DNA of 64,000 bases, taken from NCBI GenBank assembly GCA_035624535.1, contig DASPRI010000210.1:354-64353 (forward strand). The letters run 5' to 3'. The notes under the pieces are model-generated. The model did not search any database and was not told where the DNA came from. It saw only the letters and a program-made list of their open reading frames with translations. The DNA comes from Burkholderiales bacterium. GTDB taxonomy: Bacteria; Pseudomonadota; Gammaproteobacteria; Burkholderiales; JAHFRG01. Positions 51,793-60,271 of this stretch are shown here, piece after piece (positions within the stretch are counted from its first letter, which is position 1; the number at the start of each line of letters is the position of its first letter). The translations under genes were made by a program, and so were the position numbers.

Positions 51793-53514
51793 CTAGCTGT
51801 TCAAGCGCGAGAGCAGTTCGCGCACTTTGTCCGGCTCGTCGGCCTTGAGAATTTTTTGCGTGAGTCCTGCGATTTCCCGCAGACTGGTTTTCAGCACCTG
51901 CTGCTTGACACTTAATAAATGGGCCGGATGCATGGAGAACTGGCGCAAACCGAATCCCAGCAGCAAGCGCGTGAGTGAAACGTCACCGGCCATCTCGCCG
52001 CAAACGGCGATCGGAACCCCAGCTTTTTTTGCTGTGGTAATGGTATGAGCGATCAAATGCAATACCGCAGGGTGCAGCGGATCGTAGAGATGGGCGACAG
52101 CATCATCGGCGCGGTCAATCGCCAAGGTGTACTGGATGAGATCATTAGTACCGATGGAGAGGAAATCGAGCTTTCTAATGAATACGCCGAGCGCCAAAGC
52201 GGCTGCGGGAATTTCGATCATTCCGCCGATTTCAACCCGGCGATTGTAGGGGAGACGATCTTTGTCAAGGCTGGCCTTTGCCAACTCGATGAACTGCAAG
52301 GTTTGATTGAGTTCAGCGACACTGGAAAGCATCGGAATGAGTATGCGGATGTTGCCGTAATCAGTTGCTCGCAGGATGGCGCGCAGTTGTGTATGGAACA
52401 TGTATGGTTCGGCGAGGCAGAGCCGGATGGCCCGCAAACCCAATGCCGGATTAGGCCCGCGCTCCGCGCCATTCATGCTCTTGTCAGCGCCCAAATCAAG
52501 CGTGCGAATGGTGACCGGAAGTCCACGCATTTTTTGCGCAACTTTGCGATAAGCGTCAACTTGCTCCTCTTCGCTGGGCAAATCGGGACGGTTCATATAA
52601 AGAAATTCGGTCCGGAACAAGCCGATGCCCATCGCGCCATTTTCCTTAACTTGGTCGATGTCTTGCGGCAGCTCGATGTTGGCCTGCAATTCGACCGACG
52701 TGCCATCCAGCGTCGTGGAGCGCGTGAGCTTCAGGCGTTTTAGTTTTTGCCGTTCGAGTTCCCTCTGGTTTTGCCGCAGCCGGTACTCTGCAAGTATCTG
52801 GTTGTCGGGGTTGACGATCACCACCCCCTGGGTGCCGTCAATCACAAGCATGTCCTCCTCGCGCACCAATTCACGCGCTTGATGCAGAGCCACGATCGAA
52901 GGTACGTTCAGGCTGCGCGCGACAATTGCGGTGTGCGACATGGGTCCGCCAATGTCGGTTATGAACGCGGCAAATCGATGTTGCTTGAACAGTATGAGTT
53001 CTGCCGGACTCAGGTCATGCGCAACCAGAATATTATTCTGCTGCAGGTCGGAGGTAGGCGGTACGTGCCCCGGACGGCCCATGAGTACTTTCAGTACCCG
53101 TTCACCGATCTGGATGACATCGGCCTTGCGCTCGCGCAAATAACTGTCCTCGATCTGGTCAAAGCGTTCGAGCAGTTCATCCATTTGCTGTTTCAGCGCC
53201 CACTCGGCGTTGCAGTGCTGTTCTTCAATGCGTTTCGGCGCGGCTTTGGAAATAATTGGGTCGGCGAGAATCATCTGGTGCAGGTCAAGGAATGCGGAAA
53301 GTTCCGCTGGGGCGTCGACCGCCATATTTTCGTGCACGGTTTGCAGCTCTGTCTGCACTTCCTTGACTGCGGAGGCAAAGCGCGCTATTTCGTCTGCGAC
53401 TTGCTCCTCGGGCACGGTATAATGCGCGACTTCCAGCGTGTCGTGCGAAAGCAAATGCGCCTGCCCGATAGCAATGCCCTCGGATACGCCGATGCCGTGC
53501 ATGGCGAAGCTCAT
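51793..53514 (-). CDS. ptsI: phosphoenolpyruvate-protein phosphotransferase (PTS enzyme I)
   Basis: GIGVSEGIAIG N-terminus, phospho-His region GGPMSHTAIVARSL, and PEP-utilising C-domain SIGTNDLIQY. No GAF domain, so PtsI rather than PtsP. Confidence 0.93.
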   Translation of the reverse strand: MSFAMHGIGVSEGIAIGQAHLLSHDTLEVAHYTVPEEQVADEIARFASAVKEVQTELQTVHENMAVDAPAELSAFLDLHQMILADPIISKAAPKRIEEQHCNAEWALKQQMDELLERFDQIEDSYLRERKADVIQIGERVLKVLMGRPGHVPPTSDLQQNNILVAHDLSPAELILFKQHRFAAFITDIGGPMSHTAIVARSLNVPSIVALHQARELVREEDMLVIDGTQGVVIVNPDNQILAEYRLRQNQRELERQKLKRLKLTRSTTLDGTSVELQANIELPQDIDQVKENGAMGIGLFRTEFLYMNRPDLPSEEEQVDAYRKVAQKMRGLPVTIRTLDLGADKSMNGAERGPNPALGLRAIRLCLAEPYMFHTQLRAILRATDYGNIRILIPMLSSVAELNQTLQFIELAKASLDKDRLPYNRRVEIGGMIEIPAAALALGVFIRKLDFLSIGTNDLIQYTLAIDRADDAVAHLYDPLHPAVLHLIAHTITTAKKAGVPIAVCGEMAGDVSLTRLLLGFGLRQFSMHPAHLLSVKQQVLKTSLREIAGLTQKILKADEPDKVRELLSRLNS

Positions 53515-53780
53515 TCTCCTTCCCCAAAATAATTTCTGATCAACTCCACAATAGCCTGTAGCGCTTCGCTTTCATCCTCGCCGCTGGTTTCGATGCCGAT
53601 CGAGGTTCCTTTGCTGGCGGCGAGCATCATTACACCCATGATGCTCTTTGCGTTCACGCGTTGACCGTTGCGCAACAGCCAGATATCGCTTTTAAACCGC
53701 CCGGCAAGCTGGGTGAGCTTCGCAGCAGCTCGTGCGTGCAAGCCCAGTTTGTTGACGATTTCAGCTTGCTTTTGCAGCAT
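53511..53780 (-). CDS. ptsH: phosphocarrier protein HPr
   Basis: 89 aa, with IVNKLGLHARAAAKL (active His) and NAKSIMGVM (Ser46 region). Confidence 0.92.
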   Translation of the reverse strand: MLQKQAEIVNKLGLHARAAAKLTQLAGRFKSDIWLLRNGQRVNAKSIMGVMMLAASKGTSIGIETSGEDESEALQAIVELIRNYFGEGE

Positions 53781-54174
53781 CGTAACCGTCCGCAGCGATA
53801 TGCAGCACCCCCTCGCAGCCGCCGGAGAGTGCTTTTTCCACCGCCACATTCAACGGCTGATTACGGTAGGTGAGCGCCCGAATCAGCATCGGCAGATTGA
53901 TGCCCGTTACGCCTTCCACTTTTCCTGGGATCAACAGTTTGGTCGCGATGTTGCAGGGGGTCGCCCCGTAGATATCGCATAAAACCAGCACGCCTTGGCC
54001 CTGGTCGAGCTGTTTTAGCAGCTTCAGCGCTTGCGGCAAGACCGTCTGCGGCTCATCATGCACCGTCACCCCGATTTGCATCAGTTGCGGTGGCCGGCTG
54101 CCCATCACATGGCTTGCACAGTGAATCAAACTCTCACCCAAAGTGCCGTGCGCCACGATTAAAATACCCACCAT
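53761..54174 (-). CDS. PTS EIIA component, mannose/fructose (EIIA-Man) family
   Basis: MVGILIVAHGTLGESL (active-site His10), ...VLVLCDIYGATP. The 3' end overlaps ptsH by 20 nt. Confidence 0.85.
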   Translation of the reverse strand: MVGILIVAHGTLGESLIHCASHVMGSRPPQLMQIGVTVHDEPQTVLPQALKLLKQLDQGQGVLVLCDIYGATPCNIATKLLIPGKVEGVTGINLPMLIRALTYRNQPLNVAVEKALSGGCEGVLHIAADGYDAAKAS

Positions 54175-54302
54175 ATTTCCTCCCCGAATAACAAATCCCG
54201 TTGGCTATCAATATTACTCCAGCGATATCAACAAAGCAGCAGTGCGGGGCCAAGTGCTTTGCGGCTCCGCAAAGCCCACAGGATTCTATTTGTGGAATCG
54301 AT

Positions 54303-55250
54303 TTACGAATTGCGAATGGTCTTTTCGAGCGCGTCTATCATCATCCCTGCGACATTGAAGCCGGTCTGCTCGGTTATTTCGCGCATGCAGGTAGGGCTGG
54401 TTACGTTGATTTCAGTGAGGTAATCGCCGATCACATCCAGACCGACCAGAATCAGTCCTTCTTTGGCAAGCTGCGGTCCCAAGGCCTCGGCGATTTCATG
54501 GTCGCGCGGCGAAAGCGGTCGTGCCACTCCTATGCCGCCCACAGCGAGATTCGCGCGTGTTTCTCCCGGCTTGGGGATGCGCGCCAAGGCATAAGGCGCC
54601 GGTGTTCCATCGATCAGTAAAATGCGCTTGTCGCCATTGACAACTTCCGGGATGTAGAGTTGTGACATGATGGTGCGTGTTCCGTGCTGGGTGAGAGTTT
54701 CGATGGTCGCGTTAAGATTCACGTCCTGTTCGCGTATGCGGAACACCGATCTCCCCGCCATCCCATCGAGCGGCTTGAGAATTACATCGTGATACTGCGC
54801 AAGGAATTTCAATATTAGTTCGGGGCGGCGCGTCACTAAGCTCGGCGCGGTGAAGGTATTGAATTTGGCAATCGCCAGCTTCTCGTTGAAATCGCGCAAC
54901 GCCTTCGGTTTGTTGAAAACCTTTGCCCCTTGAGCTTCCGCAAGCTCCAGCAAATAAGTGCTGTAGACGTACTCCATATCGTACGGCGGGTCTTTGCGCA
55001 TCAGCACGACATCGAAGCGCGCAAGCGGCATCACTTCAGCTTCGCCGGTGCGATACCAATCTTCCTCCTCCCCGGTCAGCGTGAGTTTGCGGGCGTGACC
55101 CAGCACTCTGCCAAGCTGCAGCACCACGTCTTGCTGTTCCATGACGTAAAGCTCATGGCCGCGGGCCGCGGCTTCACGCATCATTGCAAAACTGGAATCT
55201 TTATACGTCTGGATTGAGTCGAGCGGGTCGAGAATGAAGGCGAATTTCAT
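54303..55250 (-). CDS. gshB: glutathione synthetase
   Basis: MKFAFILDPLDSI...KDSSFAMM.EA..RGHE N-terminus and a C-terminal ATP-grasp domain. Confidence 0.95.
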   Translation of the reverse strand: MKFAFILDPLDSIQTYKDSSFAMMREAAARGHELYVMEQQDVVLQLGRVLGHARKLTLTGEEEDWYRTGEAEVMPLARFDVVLMRKDPPYDMEYVYSTYLLELAEAQGAKVFNKPKALRDFNEKLAIAKFNTFTAPSLVTRRPELILKFLAQYHDVILKPLDGMAGRSVFRIREQDVNLNATIETLTQHGTRTIMSQLYIPEVVNGDKRILLIDGTPAPYALARIPKPGETRANLAVGGIGVARPLSPRDHEIAEALGPQLAKEGLILVGLDVIGDYLTEINVTSPTCMREITEQTGFNVAGMMIDALEKTIRNS

Positions 55251-55259
55251 GTTGCGGCA

Positions 55260-56552
55260 TCAGGCAGTCGCATTCTCAAAAGCTTTCTCGGTTTGCTCGA
55301 GCTCGATGGCTGCGGCGAGCAACGCGAGCCTTGCTATAACTCCATAGACATAGAATCGGTTGGGCACGCAGCCGGGCTGTGTCGGATCGGGAAGCGAACA
55401 AGGACTCTCGAAGGCTAATGGCACAAACTGCATTCCGGGCGCATTGAGGTTTTCGTCCGTGCCGCGGCTGGTGTGTACACGGTAAAAGCCGCCCACTACA
55501 AAATGATCGATCATGTATACAACGGGCTCGGCCACTGCATCGTCGATGCTTTCGAAGGTATACACGCCTTCCTGCACCATGACTTCGGTGACCACCAGGC
55601 CTTCCTTGACTACCGCCATTTTCTGGCGCTGTTTGCGATTAAGCTCCCGTACCTCAGATGCATTTTTGACCGTCATGATGCCCATGCCGTACGTGCCGGC
55701 ATCCGCCTTGACGATGACGAATGGTTGTTCCTTGATGCCGTATTCCTGGTACTTGGCGCGCACGTCGCTCAGGATCTGCTCTACCCAGGTGGCCAGGCAT
55801 TCCTCCCCGCGATGTTCCTGGAAATTGATCTCCCCGCAGGTCGCAAAATAGGGATTGATAAACCAGGGGTCAATTCCGACAAGCTTGGCAAATTCCTCGG
55901 CTACATGGTTATACGCGCTAAAGTGGTTTGATTTGCGCCTCGTCGGCCAACCGGCATGCAAAGGCGGCAGCAAGGCTTGTTCCAGGTTTTTTAAAATCTC
56001 CGGAATTCCGGCTGATAAATCGTTATTTAGGATCACTACGCAAGGGTCGAAATCGGCAAGTCCCAGTCGGTTACCTTTGCGCTCCAGTGGTTCAAGCATG
56101 AGCGTCGCACCGCTCGGCAATTTCATCTCAGTCGGTGTCGTCACTTCGGGCAGCAAGCTGCCAATGCGCACATTCATTCCGGCCTGGCGCAGGATTGACT
56201 GCAAAGTAACGACGTTTTGCAAATAATATAGATTGCGCGTGTGACTTTCCGGGATCAACAATGCACCTTTTGCATCCGGACAGACTTTTTCCACGGCAAC
56301 CATCGCCGCCTGAACGCACAACGGCAGAAAATCAGGTTTGAGATTGTTGAAACCGCCGGGAAATAAATTCGTGTCGACCGGGGCGAGCTTGAAACCGCTG
56401 TTGCGCAAGTCCACCGAAGCGTAGAACGGTACCCTGTGCTCCTGCCATTTGCTGCGCAGCCAGTGCTCGATGGCGGAGACCTTCTGCACCAGCTTGATTT
56501 CGATTTCGGGCACGCGCCCGGGAAGCGTAGCGGTTAAATAGGGAACGGCCAT
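55260..56552 (-). CDS. gshA: glutamate--cysteine ligase (Acidithiobacillus ferrooxidans-type GshA family)
   Basis: About 430 aa, immediately upstream of gshB. By recollection the pattern resembles the TIGR02049-type GshA found in betaproteobacteria; the family call is from memory, not a search. Confidence 0.7.
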   Translation of the reverse strand: MAVPYLTATLPGRVPEIEIKLVQKVSAIEHWLRSKWQEHRVPFYASVDLRNSGFKLAPVDTNLFPGGFNNLKPDFLPLCVQAAMVAVEKVCPDAKGALLIPESHTRNLYYLQNVVTLQSILRQAGMNVRIGSLLPEVTTPTEMKLPSGATLMLEPLERKGNRLGLADFDPCVVILNNDLSAGIPEILKNLEQALLPPLHAGWPTRRKSNHFSAYNHVAEEFAKLVGIDPWFINPYFATCGEINFQEHRGEECLATWVEQILSDVRAKYQEYGIKEQPFVIVKADAGTYGMGIMTVKNASEVRELNRKQRQKMAVVKEGLVVTEVMVQEGVYTFESIDDAVAEPVVYMIDHFVVGGFYRVHTSRGTDENLNAPGMQFVPLAFESPCSLPDPTQPGCVPNRFYVYGVIARLALLAAAIELEQTEKAFENATA

Positions 56553-56610
56553 GGGGGAAGGGGAATGGAAAAATTTAAGGCTATTGTAGCGGAAAGCAAG
56601 AGGCTGCGCG

Positions 56611-56642
56611 GACGAAAAAAAGGGGCGCTTGCGCGCCCCCCT
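56611..56642 (-). terminator. intrinsic terminator after amtB
   Basis: Minus strand: GGGGCGC-GCAA-GCGCCCC followed by UUUUUUU. Confidence 0.85.
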
Positions 56643-56668
56643 AGGAGGAGAACCCTCTGTTATGACGA

Positions 56669-58057
56669 TTACATAACTTGCTCGCCGTGCAGGGCGATAT
56701 CCAATCCTTCGCGTTCCTGTTCCTCGGTGACTCTTATGCCCATCACCATATCCAGAACCTTGAAGATGATGTAGCTCATGACGAAGCTGAAAATGAGAGT
56801 TGAGGAAGCACCGATGAACTGGATCAGCAACTGGCCGGGGTTTCCTTCCAGCACGCCGGCGGTGCCGCCAATATCCTTTACTGCGAACACGCCGGTGAGC
56901 AGCGCTCCAGTGAAGCCACCTATGCAGTGCACTCCAAAGGCATCGAGCGAGTCATCGTAACCGAGCGCATTTTTCAGCCAGGTTGTGGCCCAAAAACAGA
57001 CAACCCCCGCTGCCGCGCCGATCCACAGCGAACCAATCGGGGCGACAAATCCGGAGGCAGGAGTGATAGCCACCAGTCCGGCTACGGCACCCGAGCAGAT
57101 GCCCAGGACGGAAGGTTTACCTTTCACGATCCACTCCGCAAACATCCAGGCGAGCGCTGCCGTTGCAGTGGCGATTTGGGTAACCGCCATGGCCATCCCG
57201 GCGCGGCCATCAGCCGCCACCGCGGAACCCGCGTTGAAACCGAACCAGCCCACCCACAGCAAGGATGCGCCGATGACCGTGAGCACCAGATTATGCGGCG
57301 GCATGGCCTCCTTGCCGTATCCTACTCGTTTGCCCAGCACCAGTGCCGCTGCAAGACCGGCGATGCCGGAATTGATGTGCACAACTGTGCCGCCCGCGAA
57401 GTCGAGGACGCCTTTGGCGGCGAGCCAGCCTGAAGGCTCCCATACCCAGTGCGCGACCGTCGCGTACACCACCACTTGCCAGATTGCCATGAACCACAGC
57501 ATGGCCGAAAATTTCATGCGGTCGGCGAACGAACCACAAATCAGGGCGGGGGTAATAATGGCAAATGTCATTTGGAAGCACATGTACACCGATTCAGGTA
57601 CGGTGAGTCCTAAGTGCGAGACTGCGACCTTCGAGCCATTCTGGAAAATCATTCCGTGCAGGAAGAAGCGGCTTAAGCTGCCAAAATACGGTGTACTGCC
57701 CGGAGTAAAGGCGAGGCTGTAGGCTACCACCATCCACAACACCGTCACCAGGCAAGTAATGGCGAAGCTCTGCATTACCGTCGCCAGGACGTTTTTTTTG
57801 CGTACCATGCCCCCGTAGAAAAGAGCAAGCCCGGGGATCGTCATCATCAGCACCAGTGCGGTTGATGCGAGCATCCAGGCGGTGTCACCGGAGTTGATTT
57901 TCCCGACATCAACCACTGTCGGCGCGGTTGGTGCCGCAGGCGCAGCGGCAGGCGCCGCGGCCGGCGCGGCCTCGGGGGCTTTTTGTTCATCAGCGAGTGA
58001 AAAACCGCTGAAATTAAGTGCTACAAATAGAAGCAAAATATTTAAAACACGTCTCAT
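56669..58057 (-). CDS. amtB: ammonium transporter AmtB with cleavable signal peptide
   Basis: Amt signature blocks (DFAGGTVVHINSG, GFNAGS, DDSLDAFGVHCIGG). The ATG at 58057 has a perfect AAGGAG SD. An alternative ATG at 58072 overlaps the glnK stop. Confidence 0.95.
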   Translation of the reverse strand: MRRVLNILLLFVALNFSGFSLADEQKAPEAAPAAAPAAAPAAPTAPTVVDVGKINSGDTAWMLASTALVLMMTIPGLALFYGGMVRKKNVLATVMQSFAITCLVTVLWMVVAYSLAFTPGSTPYFGSLSRFFLHGMIFQNGSKVAVSHLGLTVPESVYMCFQMTFAIITPALICGSFADRMKFSAMLWFMAIWQVVVYATVAHWVWEPSGWLAAKGVLDFAGGTVVHINSGIAGLAAALVLGKRVGYGKEAMPPHNLVLTVIGASLLWVGWFGFNAGSAVAADGRAGMAMAVTQIATATAALAWMFAEWIVKGKPSVLGICSGAVAGLVAITPASGFVAPIGSLWIGAAAGVVCFWATTWLKNALGYDDSLDAFGVHCIGGFTGALLTGVFAVKDIGGTAGVLEGNPGQLLIQFIGASSTLIFSFVMSYIIFKVLDMVMGIRVTEEQEREGLDIALHGEQVM

Positions 58058-58068
58058 GCTTTTCTCCT

Positions 58069-58422
<354 letters not shown>

Positions 58423-58437
58423 TTAAATAGGTGCTGA

Positions 58438-59694
58438 TTAGAACTTGAGCAGTGCTTCGAGACCGAACGAGTACTGCTGCTTGCTTGTACCGATGCCGTT
58501 GCTCGTCATGAACGCGTTGAGCGGACCGTTGGGAAACGGCGCATGCCCGTTCGACCAGTCATAACGGTATTCAGCGCGCATCTCGAAATTTGAGGTCGGC
58601 AGATAGGCCAAGGTATAGGTCATTTCCTTCCATTGCTGCTTGACACCCGTGCGGTAGCCGTCTTTATCATCGAAATACTCAAGCCGCACTACGCCACGCC
58701 ATTGATCCGTGAACTGATAACTCCCGTATCCAGCGATGCCGTTCCAAGTGGCCACCCCATTGCCATCTGCGTCGAATGGGGCGCCGCCATTGGCGAGGTT
58801 CGGAGCGCCGGCGTTATCTTGCCAGCCGAAATCGTAATTGAGGGTGAACGCCAGCTTGTCGGTGGCGTTAAAAGTTCCGATCAAGTCGACCAACCCCCGG
58901 TAGCCACCAGGCGAATTCTGGGCAGAAGGCTGGCCGGTGCCGCCGCAAGAACTGCCGCAGAGTTTCTCGTTGCCGAAGTAGCCGGCGGCGGAGAAACTCA
59001 GACTTTTAGTCGGAGCATAGGTGGCGCCTGCTTCAATGGTCTTGTTGCCGTTGGTGTCCTGCAAATCGTCCCAGCCGTTGTTAAGTCCCAGTATCAAGCT
59101 CAAGGCGTCGTTGACTGCATACGTTCCGCGCACGCCGGTATGGGTAAACGGAATGGCATAGCCAAACAGAATTGAGCGAGAAAAGTTGACGTCGGCCGTT
59201 GGATTAATCACTTCCGCCCCGGCGAGCGTCACAAATTTGCCGCCAATGGCAGTAAGTTGTTTCCACCCGTATTGCACATAGGCCTGGGTCAGATCGAATT
59301 TGCTGGTGCTGCCGGGATTCTGGTTGTATGGCGCAATCACATCGGCATCTTCGCCTGCGGTGACATTGACTAGCCCGCCAAAACCTTCTTTCGGTTGCTT
59401 GGCGAGAGTGAAGGCCGCTTGATGCACGGTGAATGCACTATGCTGATTGTCGAAGACCCGATCCGGCGTTCCGTTCACACCCGGCGTGCCGCTGGTAAAG
59501 AAGCCGTTGCCGCTGAGATATGAGTAAGAAACATCGATATAACCGTTGAGCGTAAGTCCCCATGCGTCCAAAACGTCCTGCAGCGCCGGAACTGGAACTT
59601 TGGGTTTTGCGGGAGCTGTAGGCTCATCCGCCAAAACCAAAGCAGAAATGCTCAACAAACTCGCTGTGATAAGAGCTTGCGTGAGTTTTTTCAT
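58438..59694 (-). CDS. outer-membrane beta-barrel porin (OmpL/bbp2-like)
   Basis: Signal peptide, alternating strands, and a C-terminal ...YSFGLEALLKF terminal Phe. The family name is from recollection. Confidence 0.7.
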   Translation of the reverse strand: MKKLTQALITASLLSISALVLADEPTAPAKPKVPVPALQDVLDAWGLTLNGYIDVSYSYLSGNGFFTSGTPGVNGTPDRVFDNQHSAFTVHQAAFTLAKQPKEGFGGLVNVTAGEDADVIAPYNQNPGSTSKFDLTQAYVQYGWKQLTAIGGKFVTLAGAEVINPTADVNFSRSILFGYAIPFTHTGVRGTYAVNDALSLILGLNNGWDDLQDTNGNKTIEAGATYAPTKSLSFSAAGYFGNEKLCGSSCGGTGQPSAQNSPGGYRGLVDLIGTFNATDKLAFTLNYDFGWQDNAGAPNLANGGAPFDADGNGVATWNGIAGYGSYQFTDQWRGVVRLEYFDDKDGYRTGVKQQWKEMTYTLAYLPTSNFEMRAEYRYDWSNGHAPFPNGPLNAFMTSNGIGTSKQQYSFGLEALLKF

Positions 59695-59758
59695 TTTCCT
59701 TCCTTTCCCATAGTAAGAATTAAAATCTGATAGGAATTAAAAATGCATGGTGCTCTTT

Positions 59759-59774
59759 AGCATGGCCTGTGCCA
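59759..59774 (-). promoter_or_regulatory. sigma54 (-24/-12) promoter for porin-glnK-amtB
   Basis: Minus strand: TGGCACAGGCCATGCT. The GG and GC elements have the canonical spacing of TGGCAC-N5-TTGC, about 65 nt upstream of the porin ATG. Confidence 0.7.
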
Positions 59775-59865
59775 GATTGGAATTTGCCACGAATCAGAAA
59801 CTTACAAACGGTCTGAGTATCGCGATGAAAATACCATGCACCAATTTAAGGCCGATAAAGGGGAT

Positions 59866-59886
59866 TGCGCACAGATACGGTGCGCA
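59866..59886. promoter_or_regulatory. NtrC-type enhancer palindrome
   Basis: Perfect inverted repeat TGCGCAC-N7-GTGCGCA, with GCAC-N7-GTGC spacing as in TGCACC-N5-GGTGCA. It lies about 100 bp upstream of the sigma54 promoter. A half-site-like TGCACCA is at 59837. Confidence 0.55.
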
Positions 59887-59933
59887 TGGCGCGGGAGATT
59901 TGTTACACTCTTACTAAACGCCAAAGGTGCGAA

Positions 59934-60191
59934 ATGCTGAATTCGAAAATACTCGATGAGATGAGCAAGAAAATCAGCGAAGTCCTGGCGCAGAGCCCGG
60001 TCAAGGATATCGAGAAGAATACGCGAGCTTTGCTTGTTTCCTTGTTTGCCCGCCTTGACCTGGTCACCCGTGAAGAGTTTGATGTGCAACAAGAAGTTTT
60101 GAAGCGTACCCGCGAGAAACTTAGCGAAATGGAAAAACGCGTGGGGGAACTGGAAGCGTCCCTGTTGCAGAAAAACAATCGAAAGGACTGA
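59934..60191 (+). CDS. ubiK: ubiquinone biosynthesis accessory factor UbiK (YqiC/BMFP family)
   Basis: RLDLVTREEFDVQQEVLKRTREKL..LE.RV.ELE closely matches E. coli YqiC. Confidence 0.88.
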   Translation: MLNSKILDEMSKKISEVLAQSPVKDIEKNTRALLVSLFARLDLVTREEFDVQQEVLKRTREKLSEMEKRVGELEASLLQKNNRKD

Positions 60192-60271
60192 CAGGATTTT
60201 TCGCGATTCACGAGTTGAAGGAATATTTTGTCTGGTGAATCGTGCGAATTCTGTCTATTGGCTTTTAATTC

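Noticed and set aside
52747-53532. 261-aa plus-strand ORF, with several others, inside ptsI
   Set aside because: It is antisense to a full-length, motif-rich PtsI and has no motifs of its own.
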